64,000 nt of DNA. Origin: Nitrospirota bacterium. GTDB lineage: Bacteria; Nitrospirota; Thermodesulfovibrionia; Thermodesulfovibrionales; Dissulfurispiraceae. Numbering within the stretch: position 1 is the stretch's first letter; each line of letters starts with the position of its first letter. The notes beneath the pieces are model-generated. The model had not been told where the DNA came from and made no database searches. It saw only the letters and a list, made by a program, of their open reading frames with translations. Positions 20,006-31,799 of this stretch are shown here, piece by piece. Position numbers and translations under genes: made by a program. Where the stretch lies: contig JBFMCP010000002.1 of assembly GCA_040754455.1 (NCBI GenBank), positions 1 to 64,000 of the forward strand, given 5' to 3'.

Positions 20006-22806
20006 GAAAGCGCGCTATAGCACCTTTCACAGAGTTGCGGGTGCTCTGTAAACGTCCCCACCGTGGTGCTCCAGTTCCAGCAGCGCTCGCATTTCTCTCC
20101 TGCCGCTTTTTCGACCTTGATGAAGAGATTGTTTGTTGCGGTGCTCGCATAGGCATCAGGGGGCTTTTCCGCCGAGGGGTGGATATCCGCTGCCGAAACA
20201 ATAAAGAGAGAAGGGAGGAAATCTTTATATGCGTGCAGAAGAGCATACTCCGCTTCGGGCAGATAGAGCACCACCTTTGCTTCAAGGGCATTGCCGATGA
20301 ACTTTTCTTTCCGTTTGATCTCGAGCGCCTTGTTCACTTCATCCCTGATGGCGATGAGCTTTTCCCACCGCTGCTCCAGCGGCGCATCGATGAACTGCTC
20401 TTGTGCTGCCGGAAACGAGGACAGGAATACGCTTTCCGCATCCCTGCCGGGAATATAGCCCCATACCTCTTCGGCCGTAAAGGAAAGAATGGGCGCCATG
20501 AGTTTTGTCATATCGGTGACGATATGACAGAGCACCCACTGCGCCGCCCGCCGCTCAACGGAATCCTTTCTGAACGTATAGAGGCGGTCTTTCAGGATAT
20601 CAAGATAAAAGGAGCTCATGTCCACGATGCAGAAGTTGTACAATGAATGGAAGACCTCGTGGAAGTCGAACCGCTCGTACGCTTCGGTGACTCTCCTGGT
20701 CAGCCCCTGGAGCCTGCTCATCGCCCAGCGGTCGATCTCGAGCAGAGAGCCGCTGTAGTCCTTTCCATCAAAGTCATAGATGTTCCCGAGGAGAAAGCGT
20801 CCGGTATTCCTGATCTTCCGGTAGGCTTCAGTGAGCCTGTTGATGATCTCTTTCGAAAGGCGCACGTCGTCGCGGTAGTCTTCGGCGGAAACCCACAACC
20901 GTACGATCTCAGCGCCGTTTGCTTTTATGATCTCCTGGGGTGCAATGACATTGCCCAGGGATTTGGACATCTTCTTGCCCTGGCCGTCGACCGTAAAGCC
21001 GTGGGTGAGCACGGTATTGTACGGTGCTCTTCCCCGTGTTCCCACCGAAGCGAGGAGCGAGCTCTGGAACCAGCCCCGGTGCTGGTCGCTGCCTTCGAGG
21101 TACATGTCCGCAGGCCAGGAGAGGCGCTCGTCCTGCTCGAGCACTGCCGCGTGGCTTACCCCCGAGTCAAACCAGACATCGAGAATATCCCTCTCTTTCT
21201 TAAACGACGTGCTGCCGCACTTCGTACATGTATATCCCCTGCCGATGAGTTCATCTGTTTCCACCTTGAACCAGAAATCGGCACCCTGCTGCCCGGTACG
21301 TTTGATGATTTTATCGAATAGCGCAGTGTCATCAATGAAGGTGCCGCACTCCTCGCAGGTGATGAGCATGATCGGCACCCCCCATGCCCTCTGGCGTGAA
21401 ATGCACCAGTCGGGCCTGCCGGCGACCATGCCGTGAATCCTCTCTCTTCCCCATGAAGGGATCCACGAGACGCGGTCGATCTCTTCGAGGCACTTCTTTC
21501 GCAAATCTCTCTTATCCATTGAAATGAACCACTGTGCCGTTGCTCTGAAGATGACGGGCCTCTTGCATCGCCAGCAGTGGGGATAGGAATGTCTGATCCT
21601 CTCGACGCCGAGAAGGGCGTGCTTCTCTCTGAGCAATTCAATGATCCCTTCGTTGGCCTTGAAGACGAACTGCCCCTCGAATTGCGGCACTGCTTTGGTG
21701 AACTTGCCCCGGTCGTCCACAGGAGCGTAGATGTCAAGGCCGTACCGGAGGCCGGCATTATAGTCGTCCTCACCGTGTCCGGGCGCGATATGGACAATTC
21801 CGCTTCCCTCGCCGACAGTAACGAATTCGCCGAGAATGACCTTTGATTCCCTGTCGATAAAGGGGTGCTGCGCCCGCATGCCCTCGAGCTTGTCACCGGT
21901 GATCTTCAGAATGTTGTTCCCCGTGATAACCTGCTTTTCTTTCAGAGCATCGAGATTGTCTTCTGCAACAATATGAACGGTACCTTCATCCTCGACCGCA
22001 CTGTAGGTGAGCTCGGGATGGACGGCAAGGGCGAGGTTTGCTGGAAGCGTCCAGGGCGTAGTCGTCCAGATAACGATATAGACATTCTTGCCGGCAAGCT
22101 GCGGCAGATAGTTGACAACGTCCTCGTCGAGCACTTTGAAACGTACAAAGATCGAAGGTGATTCCTTCTCTGCGTACTCAACCTCTGCCTCTGCAAGGGC
22201 GGTGACACAGGAGGGACACCAGTGCACCGGCTTTTTGCCTTTGTACACCAGGCCGCTGGTGACGAACCTGAAGAACTCCCTGACAATCGACGCCTCATAG
22301 CCATAAGACATCGTGAGATAGGGCTGCTCCCAATCGCCGAAGACACCGAGCCGTTTGAAGTCTTCTCTCTGGATGGCGACGTATTTGTCGGCATACTCCC
22401 TGCAGAGCTGCCGTTTATGCAATACCGCCACAGTGTCGCCTTCAGCAACCGGTCCTTTCATCTTGTCCTCACCGAGATTTTTATCGACCTGCAGCTCGAT
22501 AGGGAGGCCGTGGCAGTCCCAGCCCGGCACATAAGGGGAGTAGAAGCCCTGCATGGACTTGTATTTGACAATAAAATCCTTGAGGATTTTATTCAATGCA
22601 TGGCCGATATGGATGTTCCCATTGGCATAGGGAGGGCCGTCGTGCAGAATGTAGCTCCTATCCCCTTTGTTCTTTTCCTGAAGCTTCCGGTAGACATGCT
22701 TCTCCGCCCAGAATTTCAGCATTTCGGGCTCCCTCTGGCTGAGGTTCGCCTTCATGGGGAAATCGGTTTGTGGTAAATTAAGCGTATCTTTGTATTCAAT
22801 CGGCAT
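20002..22806 (-). CDS. ileS: isoleucyl-tRNA synthetase (type 1)
   Basis: HDGPPYANGNIHIGH, WTTTPWT, KMSKS, C-terminal Zn finger CERC...CERC. Confidence 0.98.
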   Translation of the reverse strand: MPIEYKDTLNLPQTDFPMKANLSQREPEMLKFWAEKHVYRKLQEKNKGDRSYILHDGPPYANGNIHIGHALNKILKDFIVKYKSMQGFYSPYVPGWDCHGLPIELQVDKNLGEDKMKGPVAEGDTVAVLHKRQLCREYADKYVAIQREDFKRLGVFGDWEQPYLTMSYGYEASIVREFFRFVTSGLVYKGKKPVHWCPSCVTALAEAEVEYAEKESPSIFVRFKVLDEDVVNYLPQLAGKNVYIVIWTTTPWTLPANLALAVHPELTYSAVEDEGTVHIVAEDNLDALKEKQVITGNNILKITGDKLEGMRAQHPFIDRESKVILGEFVTVGEGSGIVHIAPGHGEDDYNAGLRYGLDIYAPVDDRGKFTKAVPQFEGQFVFKANEGIIELLREKHALLGVERIRHSYPHCWRCKRPVIFRATAQWFISMDKRDLRKKCLEEIDRVSWIPSWGRERIHGMVAGRPDWCISRQRAWGVPIMLITCEECGTFIDDTALFDKIIKRTGQQGADFWFKVETDELIGRGYTCTKCGSTSFKKERDILDVWFDSGVSHAAVLEQDERLSWPADMYLEGSDQHRGWFQSSLLASVGTRGRAPYNTVLTHGFTVDGQGKKMSKSLGNVIAPQEIIKANGAEIVRLWVSAEDYRDDVRLSKEIINRLTEAYRKIRNTGRFLLGNIYDFDGKDYSGSLLEIDRWAMSRLQGLTRRVTEAYERFDFHEVFHSLYNFCIVDMSSFYLDILKDRLYTFRKDSVERRAAQWVLCHIVTDMTKLMAPILSFTAEEVWGYIPGRDAESVFLSSFPAAQEQFIDAPLEQRWEKLIAIRDEVNKALEIKRKEKFIGNALEAKVVLYLPEAEYALLHAYKDFLPSLFIVSAADIHPSAEKPPDAYASTATNNLFIKVEKAAGEKCERCWNWSTTVGTFTEHPQLCERCYSALS

Positions 22807-22918
22807 AACCTAAAAATTACCACTAAAAGGCTTGAACTGTCAAGGAAAGTACGGAGCTATGCAGTATGGCGAGGAGAGATGCGTAAGAGAAAATACCGAT
22901 TAAGAAAGGCTGACTTTC

Positions 22919-23794
22919 ATGGCATCAAGTGAAAGACGCCACGGCGTCCATACTTCTATCGCAGGCGGCATCCACCTTGCCTTGGAGCGTGCGAGGGAGC
23001 TCGGCTGTACCACTGTGCAGATATTCTCCCATAATCCGAGGCAATGGTATGCGAGTACACTCCCGAAAGAGGCTGTCCGGCGGTTCAGAGAGCTCAGAGA
23101 AACATATGACATCCATCCCGTGTTTATCCACACGTCCTATCTGATTAATCTTGCTGCAGTGAACAGTGACATCCTCAATAAATCGATAGCGCTCCTGGCG
23201 CAAGAGATGGATCTCGCTGATGCCCTTGGTGCGGATTATGTAGTGCTCCACACTGGCAGTGCGTCGCAGGATGATGCGCCGCGCGCACGCAGGAGAGCGG
23301 TAGCCTCTTTACAAGAGATATCGAAAAGAGGGAAGTGGACATCGCGGCTGCTCCTCGAAAATACCGCCGGTGAGCGCGGCGATATCTCATCGCGTATGGA
23401 GGACCTGGCTGAAATCATGGAAGGGGCGGATACTCCCCTGATCGGCGGGGTCTGTATCGATACTTGTCACGCCTTTGCCGCGGGATACGAGATATCCGGG
23501 GAGGAGGGATTGTCAACTCTCATCAGTGAGATCGACCACCTTTTCGGGCTCGATGCGGTCAGGCTTGTTCACCTCAATGATTCAAAAAAGGGCTGCAATG
23601 CCCATGTCGACCGGCATGAACACATAGGAGAGGGCGCCATTGGACAAGAAGGGTTGGCCCGCTTCGTCAATCATCCTGCTTTCAGAGAGGTACCGCTCAT
23701 CCTCGAAACGCCGAAGAAGAGCGAGGAGGATGATCCGAGAAATTTGCGAGTGGTAAGAGGCCTCTTGCTGCGAGAGAGGAGCGGCGCTCGCTGA
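22919..23794 (+). CDS. nfo: endonuclease IV
   Basis: GVHTSIAGG, QIF, HTSYLINL, LENTAG, DTCH, HLNDSK, DRHEHIG and ETP motifs. Confidence 0.96.
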   Translation: MASSERRHGVHTSIAGGIHLALERARELGCTTVQIFSHNPRQWYASTLPKEAVRRFRELRETYDIHPVFIHTSYLINLAAVNSDILNKSIALLAQEMDLADALGADYVVLHTGSASQDDAPRARRRAVASLQEISKRGKWTSRLLLENTAGERGDISSRMEDLAEIMEGADTPLIGGVCIDTCHAFAAGYEISGEEGLSTLISEIDHLFGLDAVRLVHLNDSKKGCNAHVDRHEHIGEGAIGQEGLARFVNHPAFREVPLILETPKKSEEDDPRNLRVVRGLLLRERSGAR

Positions 23795-23800
23795 GCCGCT

Positions 23801-24679
23801 CTATCCTACTATTTCCGTTCCTATCCCCTCTTTGGTGAATATCTCGAGGAGTAAGCAGTGAGGGGTTCTGCCATCAACGATATGGGTTTTCTTTACGCCC
23901 GCATCGAGAGCACGGGTGCAGGCCTGCACCTTGGGGATCATGCCTCCTGAAATGGTGCCGTTGTCAATGAGCTTTTTGATCTCTTTTTTGTGGATCGTCG
24001 AGATGGTTTTGCCCTTTTTGTCATTGATTCCCGGCACATCGGTGAGGAGAATGAATTTCTCCGCTTTGAGCGACGCGGCGACAGCAGAGGCGACGTAGTC
24101 TGCATTGATATTGTAGGCCTCTCCCTTGCTGCCGGCCCCGATCGGCGAGATGACCGGCACAAAACCGCCCTTTTCGATCGAGTCCAGGATGTCGGGGTCA
24201 ACCGCCTCAACTTCACCGACCAGTCCGATATCGATGAGCTCTTCCTCACCGCTTTCTACAGCCTTCTTGAGGAGCTTTTTTTTCGCCTTGATAAGCCCTC
24301 CGTCCTTCCCACTCAATCCCACCGCCTTGCCGCCGTGATTGTTGATCAGAGCAACGATCTCCTTGTTGATGAGCCCGCCGAGCACCATTTCCACGATATC
24401 CATGGTCTCCTTATCCGTGATTCGCTGCCCCTGGACAAAGGCCGGCTCTTTGCCCATCCGCTTCATGGTCTGGCTGATCTTCGGCCCGCCGCCGTGGATG
24501 ATGACCGGTTTGATGCCGATGAAATTGAGGAGCACAATATCCTGGGCAAAGGAGCCTTTCAGCTCCTCTTCGACCTGTGCAGCGCCTCCGTACTTTATGA
24601 CGAACGTCTTGCCATAGAAATTGCGGATGAACGGCAACGCCTCGACGAGTATGTTCGCTTTCTCTATCAGTTTTTCCAT
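23801..24679 (-). CDS. argB: acetylglutamate kinase
   Basis: EALPFI, VIKYGG, HGGGPKI, NINAD, TDVPG and GGMIPKV motifs; ATG at 24679 with RBS. Confidence 0.97.
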   Translation of the reverse strand: MEKLIEKANILVEALPFIRNFYGKTFVIKYGGAAQVEEELKGSFAQDIVLLNFIGIKPVIIHGGGPKISQTMKRMGKEPAFVQGQRITDKETMDIVEMVLGGLINKEIVALINNHGGKAVGLSGKDGGLIKAKKKLLKKAVESGEEELIDIGLVGEVEAVDPDILDSIEKGGFVPVISPIGAGSKGEAYNINADYVASAVAASLKAEKFILLTDVPGINDKKGKTISTIHKKEIKKLIDNGTISGGMIPKVQACTRALDAGVKKTHIVDGRTPHCLLLEIFTKEGIGTEIVG

Positions 24680-24692
24680 CCTTTCTCCCTTC

Positions 24693-24720
24693 AAACAGTG
24701 AACCGTGAACAATGAACAAT
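24693..24720. repeat. heptamer-period array between rlpA and argB
   Basis: AAACAGT GAACCGT GAACAAT GAACAAT, directly abutting the rlpA stop codon. Confidence 0.75.
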
Positions 24721-25510
24721 TTATATCTGCTGCTCGAATTTCGTTATCAGTACGTTAAAGCCCTCATCGGCAAGGGACTTGCCGATGTTTACGGCATCGG
24801 CCTTGCTGTTGAACTTGCCCAGCCTCACGCGATAGTATTTTGCGCCGCCGACGTTAGCTTCCATGATGTAGACATTCTTGTATTTCAATTCCAGCGCCAT
24901 CTTCAGCCGCTTTGCATTGAATTCATCCCTGAATGAACCTATCTGTAACGTAAGCGTCGCATCGAGGACACCGTAGCGGATATACTTTGCATAGCGCATA
25001 TCTCTTCCCACAGGCTCGATAAAGACGGTTTGAGTGCCGGGACCGATGAGGTCGATTCTGCGGGCAGCGGCATAGGAGAGGTCGAGCTCGCGGCCTGCGA
25101 TAAAAGGACCCCGATCATTGACCGTGCATTCCACGACCTTATTGTTTTTCGGATTGAGGACCTTCAGTTTTGTGCCGAAGGGATATTCACGGTGGGCGCA
25201 GGTAAGGGCATGCATGTTGAACAGCTCTCCGGAAGAGGTGGGTCTTCCGTGAAAATCAGGACCATACCAGGATGCCACGCATTGCCGTCTGCTCCCCTTC
25301 ATCTCCTGGAAGCCGGAAGGCCGCTCTTTTCTGTTCGTCTGCTCCTGCGGCTGCCCAACAGGAGTGAATGCCTTTTGATCTGCCGTGACCTCATAGCGTG
25401 TCGCAGCGCATGAGGCAAGCAACAGAAGGCAGAAGATAGATGGCAGAGCATAGAAAAAGGAAGAAGTCTGGCTTCTGTCTTCTGGCTTCTGCCTTCTGGA
25501 TTCTGCCTTC

Positions 25511-25539
<29 letters not shown>
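24721..25539 (-). CDS. rlpA: septal ring lytic transglycosylase RlpA-family lipoprotein with SPOR domain
   Basis: Lipobox [33 protein letters not shown]-terminal SPOR domain (QIGSF...YRVRLG). Confidence 0.92.
25423..25510. repeat. CAGAAGN heptamer arrays in inverted orientation inside the rlpA 5' end
   Basis: 25423-25447 CAGAAGG CAGAAGA TAGATGG CAGA pairs at 21/25 with 25467-25491; the CTTCTG array extends to the hslU stop. Confidence 0.85.
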
Positions 25540-26843
<1,304 letters not shown>

Positions 26844-26851
<8 letters not shown>

Positions 26852-27377
26852 GTAACTCCTCTATCGTTATCGTCTTATTGGTGTAAATACAAATGTCAGA
26901 GGCGATATCCATAGCCTTCTTCACGATTTCCAGCGGCGGGAGGTCGGTGTTCTCGTATAATGCCCGGGCCGATGCCTGGGCATAAGGCCCCCCCGATCCG
27001 ATCGCGGCAACGCCGCTTTCAGGCTCGATGACATCGCCGGTCCCGGAGAGAATAAAGGTATGCTCCGCATCTGCAACCAGCAATAATGCCTCGAGCCTCC
27101 TCAATATCCTGTCCGTCCTCCAATCCTTTGCAAGCTCCACAGCGGCCCTGGTGATATTCCCGCGGTATGCTTCGAGCTTCGATTCGAACTTTTCGAAAAG
27201 CGTAAAGGCATCGGCGGTGGCACCCGCAAAGCCTGCAAGGACTTTATCATTATACAATTTCCTGATCTTCCGGGCATTATGCTTCACGACCGTACTGCCC
27301 ATGGTTACCTGGCCGTCGCTGGCGATGGCAACCTCGTTGTTGCGTCTGACGCAGAGTATTGTCGTACCATGAAACAT
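26844..27377 (-). CDS. hslV: ATP-dependent protease subunit HslV
   Basis: [26 protein letters not shown] and IGSGG motifs. Confidence 0.98.
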
Positions 27378-27395
27378 GTATTATTCCTCCACATG

Positions 27396-27488
27396 CTAAG
27401 CTCTGATATCTAGATTCTAAACGAAATGCAAACCAAAAATCCAAGTATTTTAATGAGTTCAGGATTTCGTGCCTGGGATTTAGGATTT
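27396..27488. repeat. degenerate heptamer-period arrays at the xerC/hslV junction
   Basis: CTAAGCT CTGATAT CTAGATT CTAAACG and AGGATTT CGTGCCT GGGATTT AGGATTT (contains the xerC stop); pairing between the arms is weak. Confidence 0.55.
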
Positions 27489-28394
27489 TTCTCCATCAGC
27501 AAGCGGATGTGCCTTGTCGTACACATCGATCAGGTGTCTGATGTCGAGATGCGTATATTTCTGGGTGGTTGAGAGGGAGGAGTGTCCCAACAGCTCCTGT
27601 ATTGCCCGCAGATCAGCGCCTCCTACCAGCAGGTGGGTTGCGAAGGTATGGCGGAGTGTATGGGGCCCGATCTGCCCATTGATGCCTATGGAGCGCGCGT
27701 TCTTTACAACAATGCGCCGTATCTGGCGGTCGGTGAGACGCTCACCGTTTCTGTTCAGGAAAAAGGCCGCAGTGCTGTCAGGGAGGGAGCGCTTCTTCTT
27801 GAAGAGTAACCGCTCTATGAGATAGGACTTGAGCGCATCCACCGCCTTGTTCCCGATAGGGACGATGCGCTCCTTTTTCCCCTTCCCTCTCGCCTTCACT
27901 AACCCCTCTCTCAGATTTACATCATCCACATTGAGCCCTGCCACCTCGCTCACGCGCAGGCCGCTCGAATAGAGCAACTCGAGGATGGCCCGGTCCCGCA
28001 CCGGGAGGAGTCCGATCCCTTCAGGGGTCTGCACAAGGCTGAAGGCATCATCGACAGAAAGAAAGTTGGGCAGGTGCTTCGGCGCTTTCGGTGCCGGCAC
28101 CAGCTTTGCCTGATTGATCTTCACGTACCCTTCCTGATAGAGATAGCCGAAAAACGCTCTGAGCGTTGCCAGCTTCCGCGCCACCGTCGTCTTCTTTTTG
28201 CCGTTCATGATTTGTTCTGCAACAAAGCCGCGTACATCAATCATATCGATTTTGTCAGGAGAAGTATCACAGTACGCGTTGAAATCAGCCAGGTCGTTCT
28301 CATAAGCGCGCAGGGTATGCTCTGAAACACCCCGTTCTATTTCGAGGTAGCGCATGAATTTTTTGATATAAGGTTTTAATCTTTCACCGCTCAT
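27480..28394 (-). CDS. xerC: tyrosine recombinase XerC
   Basis: SGLRVSE, GKGKKER, PHTLRHTFATH and LLGHSSLSTTQKY motifs; trmFO-xerC-hslVU synteny. Confidence 0.93.
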   Translation of the reverse strand: MSGERLKPYIKKFMRYLEIERGVSEHTLRAYENDLADFNAYCDTSPDKIDMIDVRGFVAEQIMNGKKKTTVARKLATLRAFFGYLYQEGYVKINQAKLVPAPKAPKHLPNFLSVDDAFSLVQTPEGIGLLPVRDRAILELLYSSGLRVSEVAGLNVDDVNLREGLVKARGKGKKERIVPIGNKAVDALKSYLIERLLFKKKRSLPDSTAAFFLNRNGERLTDRQIRRIVVKNARSIGINGQIGPHTLRHTFATHLLVGGADLRAIQELLGHSSLSTTQKYTHLDIRHLIDVYDKAHPLADGEKS

Positions 28395-28470
28395 GGTTCA
28401 CCGTTCATAGCTCATAGCTTTTTTGACTTTACTCTTTTGCTATGAGCCAAGGGCTATCAGCTATGAGCTA
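28387..28470. repeat. heptamer-period inverted-repeat element spanning the trmFO stop and xerC start
   Basis: CCGCTCA TGGTTCA CCGTTCA TAGCTCA TAGC ... GCTATGAGCC ... GCTATCA GCTATGA GCTA. Confidence 0.85.
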
Positions 28471-29781
28471 ACCCGTTATGGTATAAATATACTCTGCCCA
28501 TATCCGTAATGCAACCTCGGCCATGAGTTCCCTGCGTCGTTTTTTATCCTTTGTTTTGGGGAGCGCCTCATCCATCCGGATCAGACCGAAATTGATATTG
28601 CTCGGCTGAAAATGACGGGGATCGGATTCTGTTATGTGGGCGATCAGTGCGCCGTGGGCAGAGGCCTCCGGAGGAGGCGGTGTGTCTTTGCCCTGCAGTT
28701 TTCGTGCGGCATTGATCCCGGCAAGCAGACCCATTGCCGCTGATTCGATATACCCTTCCACTCCGGTGATCTGACCGGCCAGATAAAGGGTATCCTTTTC
28801 TTTCAGGGAGAGGTCCTTGTTGAGCTGCCGGGGCGCATTGATGTAGGTGTTCCGGTGGATGCTCCCGAAGCGCAGGAACTCGGCATTTTCCAGACCGGGA
28901 ATAAGGGTGAAGACCTTTTTCTGCTCCGGCCACTTGAGCCGTGTCTGGAAGCCGACCATGTTGTAGGCGGTCTTTTCTTTATTCTCCAGACGCAACTGTA
29001 CAACGGCATATGGTATCTTCCCTGTTTTCGGATCCGGCAGGCCGACGGGTTTGAGCGGGCCGAAGCGGAGCGTATCTTTACCCCTTTCGGCCATTATTTC
29101 CACCGGCATGCATCCCTCGAACACTTTCAGGTCTTCGAAGTCTCTCTTTCGCACTCGGTCGGCCTCGACGAGCGCCTCATAGAACCGCTCGTATTCCTCT
29201 TCGGACATGGGGCAGTTGACGTAATCATCGCCGCCTTTGCCGTACCGCGCGGCATGGAAGGCTTTTGCATAGTCGATGCTTTCGGCATCAAGAATCGGTG
29301 CGATTGCATCATAGAAATAAAGATATTCTCCGCCGACGAGCGTTTTCAGTGACTCGGTCATCGCTGCAGAGGTGAGCGGACCGGTGGCAAGCACTGCAGG
29401 CTCATCGGGGATCCCCGTGACCTCTTCATGCACAATGCGTACGTTGGGATGTGCACGCAGCGTTGAGGTGATATATTCAGAGAAGAGGAGACGATCGACT
29501 GCCAGGGCCGAACCTGCCGGCACCTCTGCTTTGTGCGCTGCTTTTATGAGGAGCGAACCGGCCAGCTCCATCTCTTTTTTCAGGAGCCCCGGCCCGCTGG
29601 TAAGCTCCTTTGATCGCAGGGAGTTGGAGCAGACGAGCTCGGCAAGGAGCGGCGTCCTGTGTGCCTCGGTCATCTTCCCGGGGCGCATCTCGAAGATAGT
29701 GACCCTGATACCACGCTGCGCCGCCTGCCATGCTGCCTCGCTTCCCGCCAATCCGCCGCCGATAATAATGAGTTCTTTCAT
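28468..29781 (-). CDS. trmFO: folate-dependent tRNA U54 methyltransferase TrmFO
   Basis: GGGLAGSEAAWQ, ELVCSNS, ALAVDR, FEGCMP, RFGPLKPVGL and AGQITGVEGY motifs. Confidence 0.97.
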   Translation of the reverse strand: MKELIIIGGGLAGSEAAWQAAQRGIRVTIFEMRPGKMTEAHRTPLLAELVCSNSLRSKELTSGPGLLKKEMELAGSLLIKAAHKAEVPAGSALAVDRLLFSEYITSTLRAHPNVRIVHEEVTGIPDEPAVLATGPLTSAAMTESLKTLVGGEYLYFYDAIAPILDAESIDYAKAFHAARYGKGGDDYVNCPMSEEEYERFYEALVEADRVRKRDFEDLKVFEGCMPVEIMAERGKDTLRFGPLKPVGLPDPKTGKIPYAVVQLRLENKEKTAYNMVGFQTRLKWPEQKKVFTLIPGLENAEFLRFGSIHRNTYINAPRQLNKDLSLKEKDTLYLAGQITGVEGYIESAAMGLLAGINAARKLQGKDTPPPPEASAHGALIAHITESDPRHFQPSNINFGLIRMDEALPKTKDKKRRRELMAEVALRIWAEYIYTITG

Positions 29782-29848
29782 GGTCTGCTGGAGTTCCGTG
29801 TACTATCCTGATACATTGCCCCGGGATGTAGCATGAGGAGGCAGGTGT

Positions 29849-29977
29849 CTATCTGAAAAACACGAGGGCGGCGAGAGCCGAGAGCACAACAAGGGCAAGG
29901 GCAATTCTCAGCCCCCGCCGTACATTTTTTTTCGATGCTGCCACAAGGCCGAAGGTGCCGTAATCTTTGTTGAACAT
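29849..29977 (-). CDS. putative small membrane protein (42 aa)
   Basis: AGGGGGT RBS; MFNKDYGTFGLVAASKKNVRRGLRIALALVVLSALAALVFFR, a basic patch followed by one TM helix. Confidence 0.55.
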   Translation of the reverse strand: MFNKDYGTFGLVAASKKNVRRGLRIALALVVLSALAALVFFR

Positions 29978-30073
29978 ACCCCCTATATTACATTTTTTGT
30001 TTTCGATCAGACAATACCCCTTTCGACCGGAGGGTATATTGAGCTTTTTACCGTTTTTCTATTACATTATTAG

Positions 30074-30721
30074 ATGTCCGTTAAACTGATTATTTACGAC
30101 CTCGACGGCACTCTCATAGACTCCAGTGGCGACATCACCAATGCCATCAATTATGCCATCGCGCCGTACGGTGTCCCGCCGATCACGGTAGGGGAAACGA
30201 TCAGCATGGTCGGCGAAGGCGTCTCTCGGCTCATGGAAAGGGTCATCGCAAAGGAGGGCTTGAGTGCCGATAAAGATTTTCTCGTTGACCGGTTCGTTGA
30301 GTATTACTCCGCCCACCTCATTGACACTACAACCATTTATCCCGGGGTAAAGGAGACGCTTGAGAAGCTGAACAGGTACAAAAAGGCAGTTATCTCGAAT
30401 AAGCGGGAGACGCTTTCAATAAGAATTCTTGAGAAGCTCGATCTCGCCAAGTTCATTGATGTCATTGTCGGGAGTGACTCGACTCCGGAGCGGAAGCCCT
30501 CACCCGTTCCTGTACAATATGTTCTCTCGAGGTTCGGGGTAAAACCTGACGAAGCAGTAATCGTCGGAGACAGTAATTATGACATCGACGCAGGGAAGGC
30601 GGCGGGAATCAGGACCATAGCAGTAACGTATGGATACCGAACATTGGACTTTTTAAGGGGTGCTGATTTTATAATAAAGAGTATGCCCGAATTGGTCCCG
30701 ATTGTGGAAAAGTTGCAGTAA
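30074..30721 (+). CDS. gph: HAD-family phosphatase (phosphoglycolate phosphatase-like)
   Basis: DLDGTLID, ISNK, RKPSP and VGDSNYD motifs. Confidence 0.85.
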   Translation: MSVKLIIYDLDGTLIDSSGDITNAINYAIAPYGVPPITVGETISMVGEGVSRLMERVIAKEGLSADKDFLVDRFVEYYSAHLIDTTTIYPGVKETLEKLNRYKKAVISNKRETLSIRILEKLDLAKFIDVIVGSDSTPERKPSPVPVQYVLSRFGVKPDEAVIVGDSNYDIDAGKAAGIRTIAVTYGYRTLDFLRGADFIIKSMPELVPIVEKLQ

Positions 30722-30824
30722 GGGCATGGTTGCAAGGAAAAAGTAGTGCAGGAAAGAGTAGCCTCGTTGCCGCTCAGTTTCCAGCCCCGGCAGTTACCGG
30801 CGTTTAATGAGGAGGTTTTCATAC

Positions 30825-31592
30825 ATGGCGTTTACTATAGCCTTTGCAGGCAAGGGCGGTACGGGTAAGACGAGTATCGCGGGGATCGTTGTCAAGTATC
30901 TCGTGAACAAAAGGAAAGGGCCGGTGCTGGCAGTCGATGCCGACAGCAATGCCTGTTTGAACGAGGCGCTCGGCGTCGAGGTGCATGCGACGATCGGAAG
31001 TTTGAGAGAGGAATCGCTCCAGGCGGTCAGGGGCGGCGGAGACCGGCCCGGCGGTATGTCGATGGAGCAGCTCTTTGACTACCAGGTGCAGCAGTCGATT
31101 ATCGAGGCAAAAGGCTTTGATCTCATGGTTATGGGAAGGCCCGAGGGGCCCGGGTGTTATTGTGCAGCAAACAATATCATCAGAAAGTACACTGACCTGC
31201 TCTCTGAAAAATATCCCTATGTCGTTATCGACAACGAGGCGGGAATGGAACATTTGAGCCGGAGGACGACCCATAAAGTCGATCTGCTTTTTATCGTAAG
31301 CGATCCGACCGTAAAAGGGATACTGACTGCAGAGAGGATCAACAAGCTAGTTGATGAACTGCAGCTTGAAGTGGACCGGCGCGTGTTGATCATCAACCGC
31401 GTGATCGGTTATGAGGGCGAAGAGCTGAAAAAGATGGCTGAGAAGGCTGGGGTGGTGGTGGCCGGTCTGGTCCCGCAGGATGAGCTGGTCTTTCGGTTTG
31501 ATCTTGAGGGCAAGCCCGTATTTGAGCTTCCGGAAGATGCGAAATCAGTGCTGGCAGTCTACGCTATTCTGGAGTCGTTGCAGGTGCCTTAA
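30825..31592 (+). CDS. cooC: CODH/ACS nickel-insertion ATPase CooC/AcsF
   Basis: GKGGTGKT, VDAD, GPGCYC (Ni site) and DNEAGMEHLSR motifs. Confidence 0.93.
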   Translation: MAFTIAFAGKGGTGKTSIAGIVVKYLVNKRKGPVLAVDADSNACLNEALGVEVHATIGSLREESLQAVRGGGDRPGGMSMEQLFDYQVQQSIIEAKGFDLMVMGRPEGPGCYCAANNIIRKYTDLLSEKYPYVVIDNEAGMEHLSRRTTHKVDLLFIVSDPTVKGILTAERINKLVDELQLEVDRRVLIINRVIGYEGEELKKMAEKAGVVVAGLVPQDELVFRFDLEGKPVFELPEDAKSVLAVYAILESLQVP

Positions 31593-31630
31593 CTTTGTTT
31601 TCTTATGACCTCCTGTTAACAACAGTATGC

Positions 31631-31646
31631 TGTCAATATAATGACA
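31631..31646. promoter_or_regulatory. CooA-type (CRP/FNR family) box upstream of acsE
   Basis: Perfect TGTCA-N6-TGACA palindrome. Confidence 0.55.
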
Positions 31647-31741
31647 AGTGGTAAAAATATAATAAAAACAAAAAGTTGTTTTATAACTAAAATAAATGGG
31701 TTCCTCAACTTAATTTTATTCTTTACATGATTCTGAAAATT

Positions 31742-31760
31742 ATGTTACTGTTGGTAACAT
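31742..31760. promoter_or_regulatory. palindromic operator upstream of the acs operon
   Basis: ATGTTAC-TGTTG-GTAACAT overlapping a candidate extended -10 (TGnTACTGT); the same motif recurs at 39420. Confidence 0.7.
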
Positions 31761-31799
31761 GGATCTTTGTAGCATTAATTTAGGTGAAAGGAGAAGGGT

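Noticed and set aside
27480..28394. Mobile-element integrase
   Set aside because: Sits in the conserved housekeeping trmFO-xerC-hslVU context
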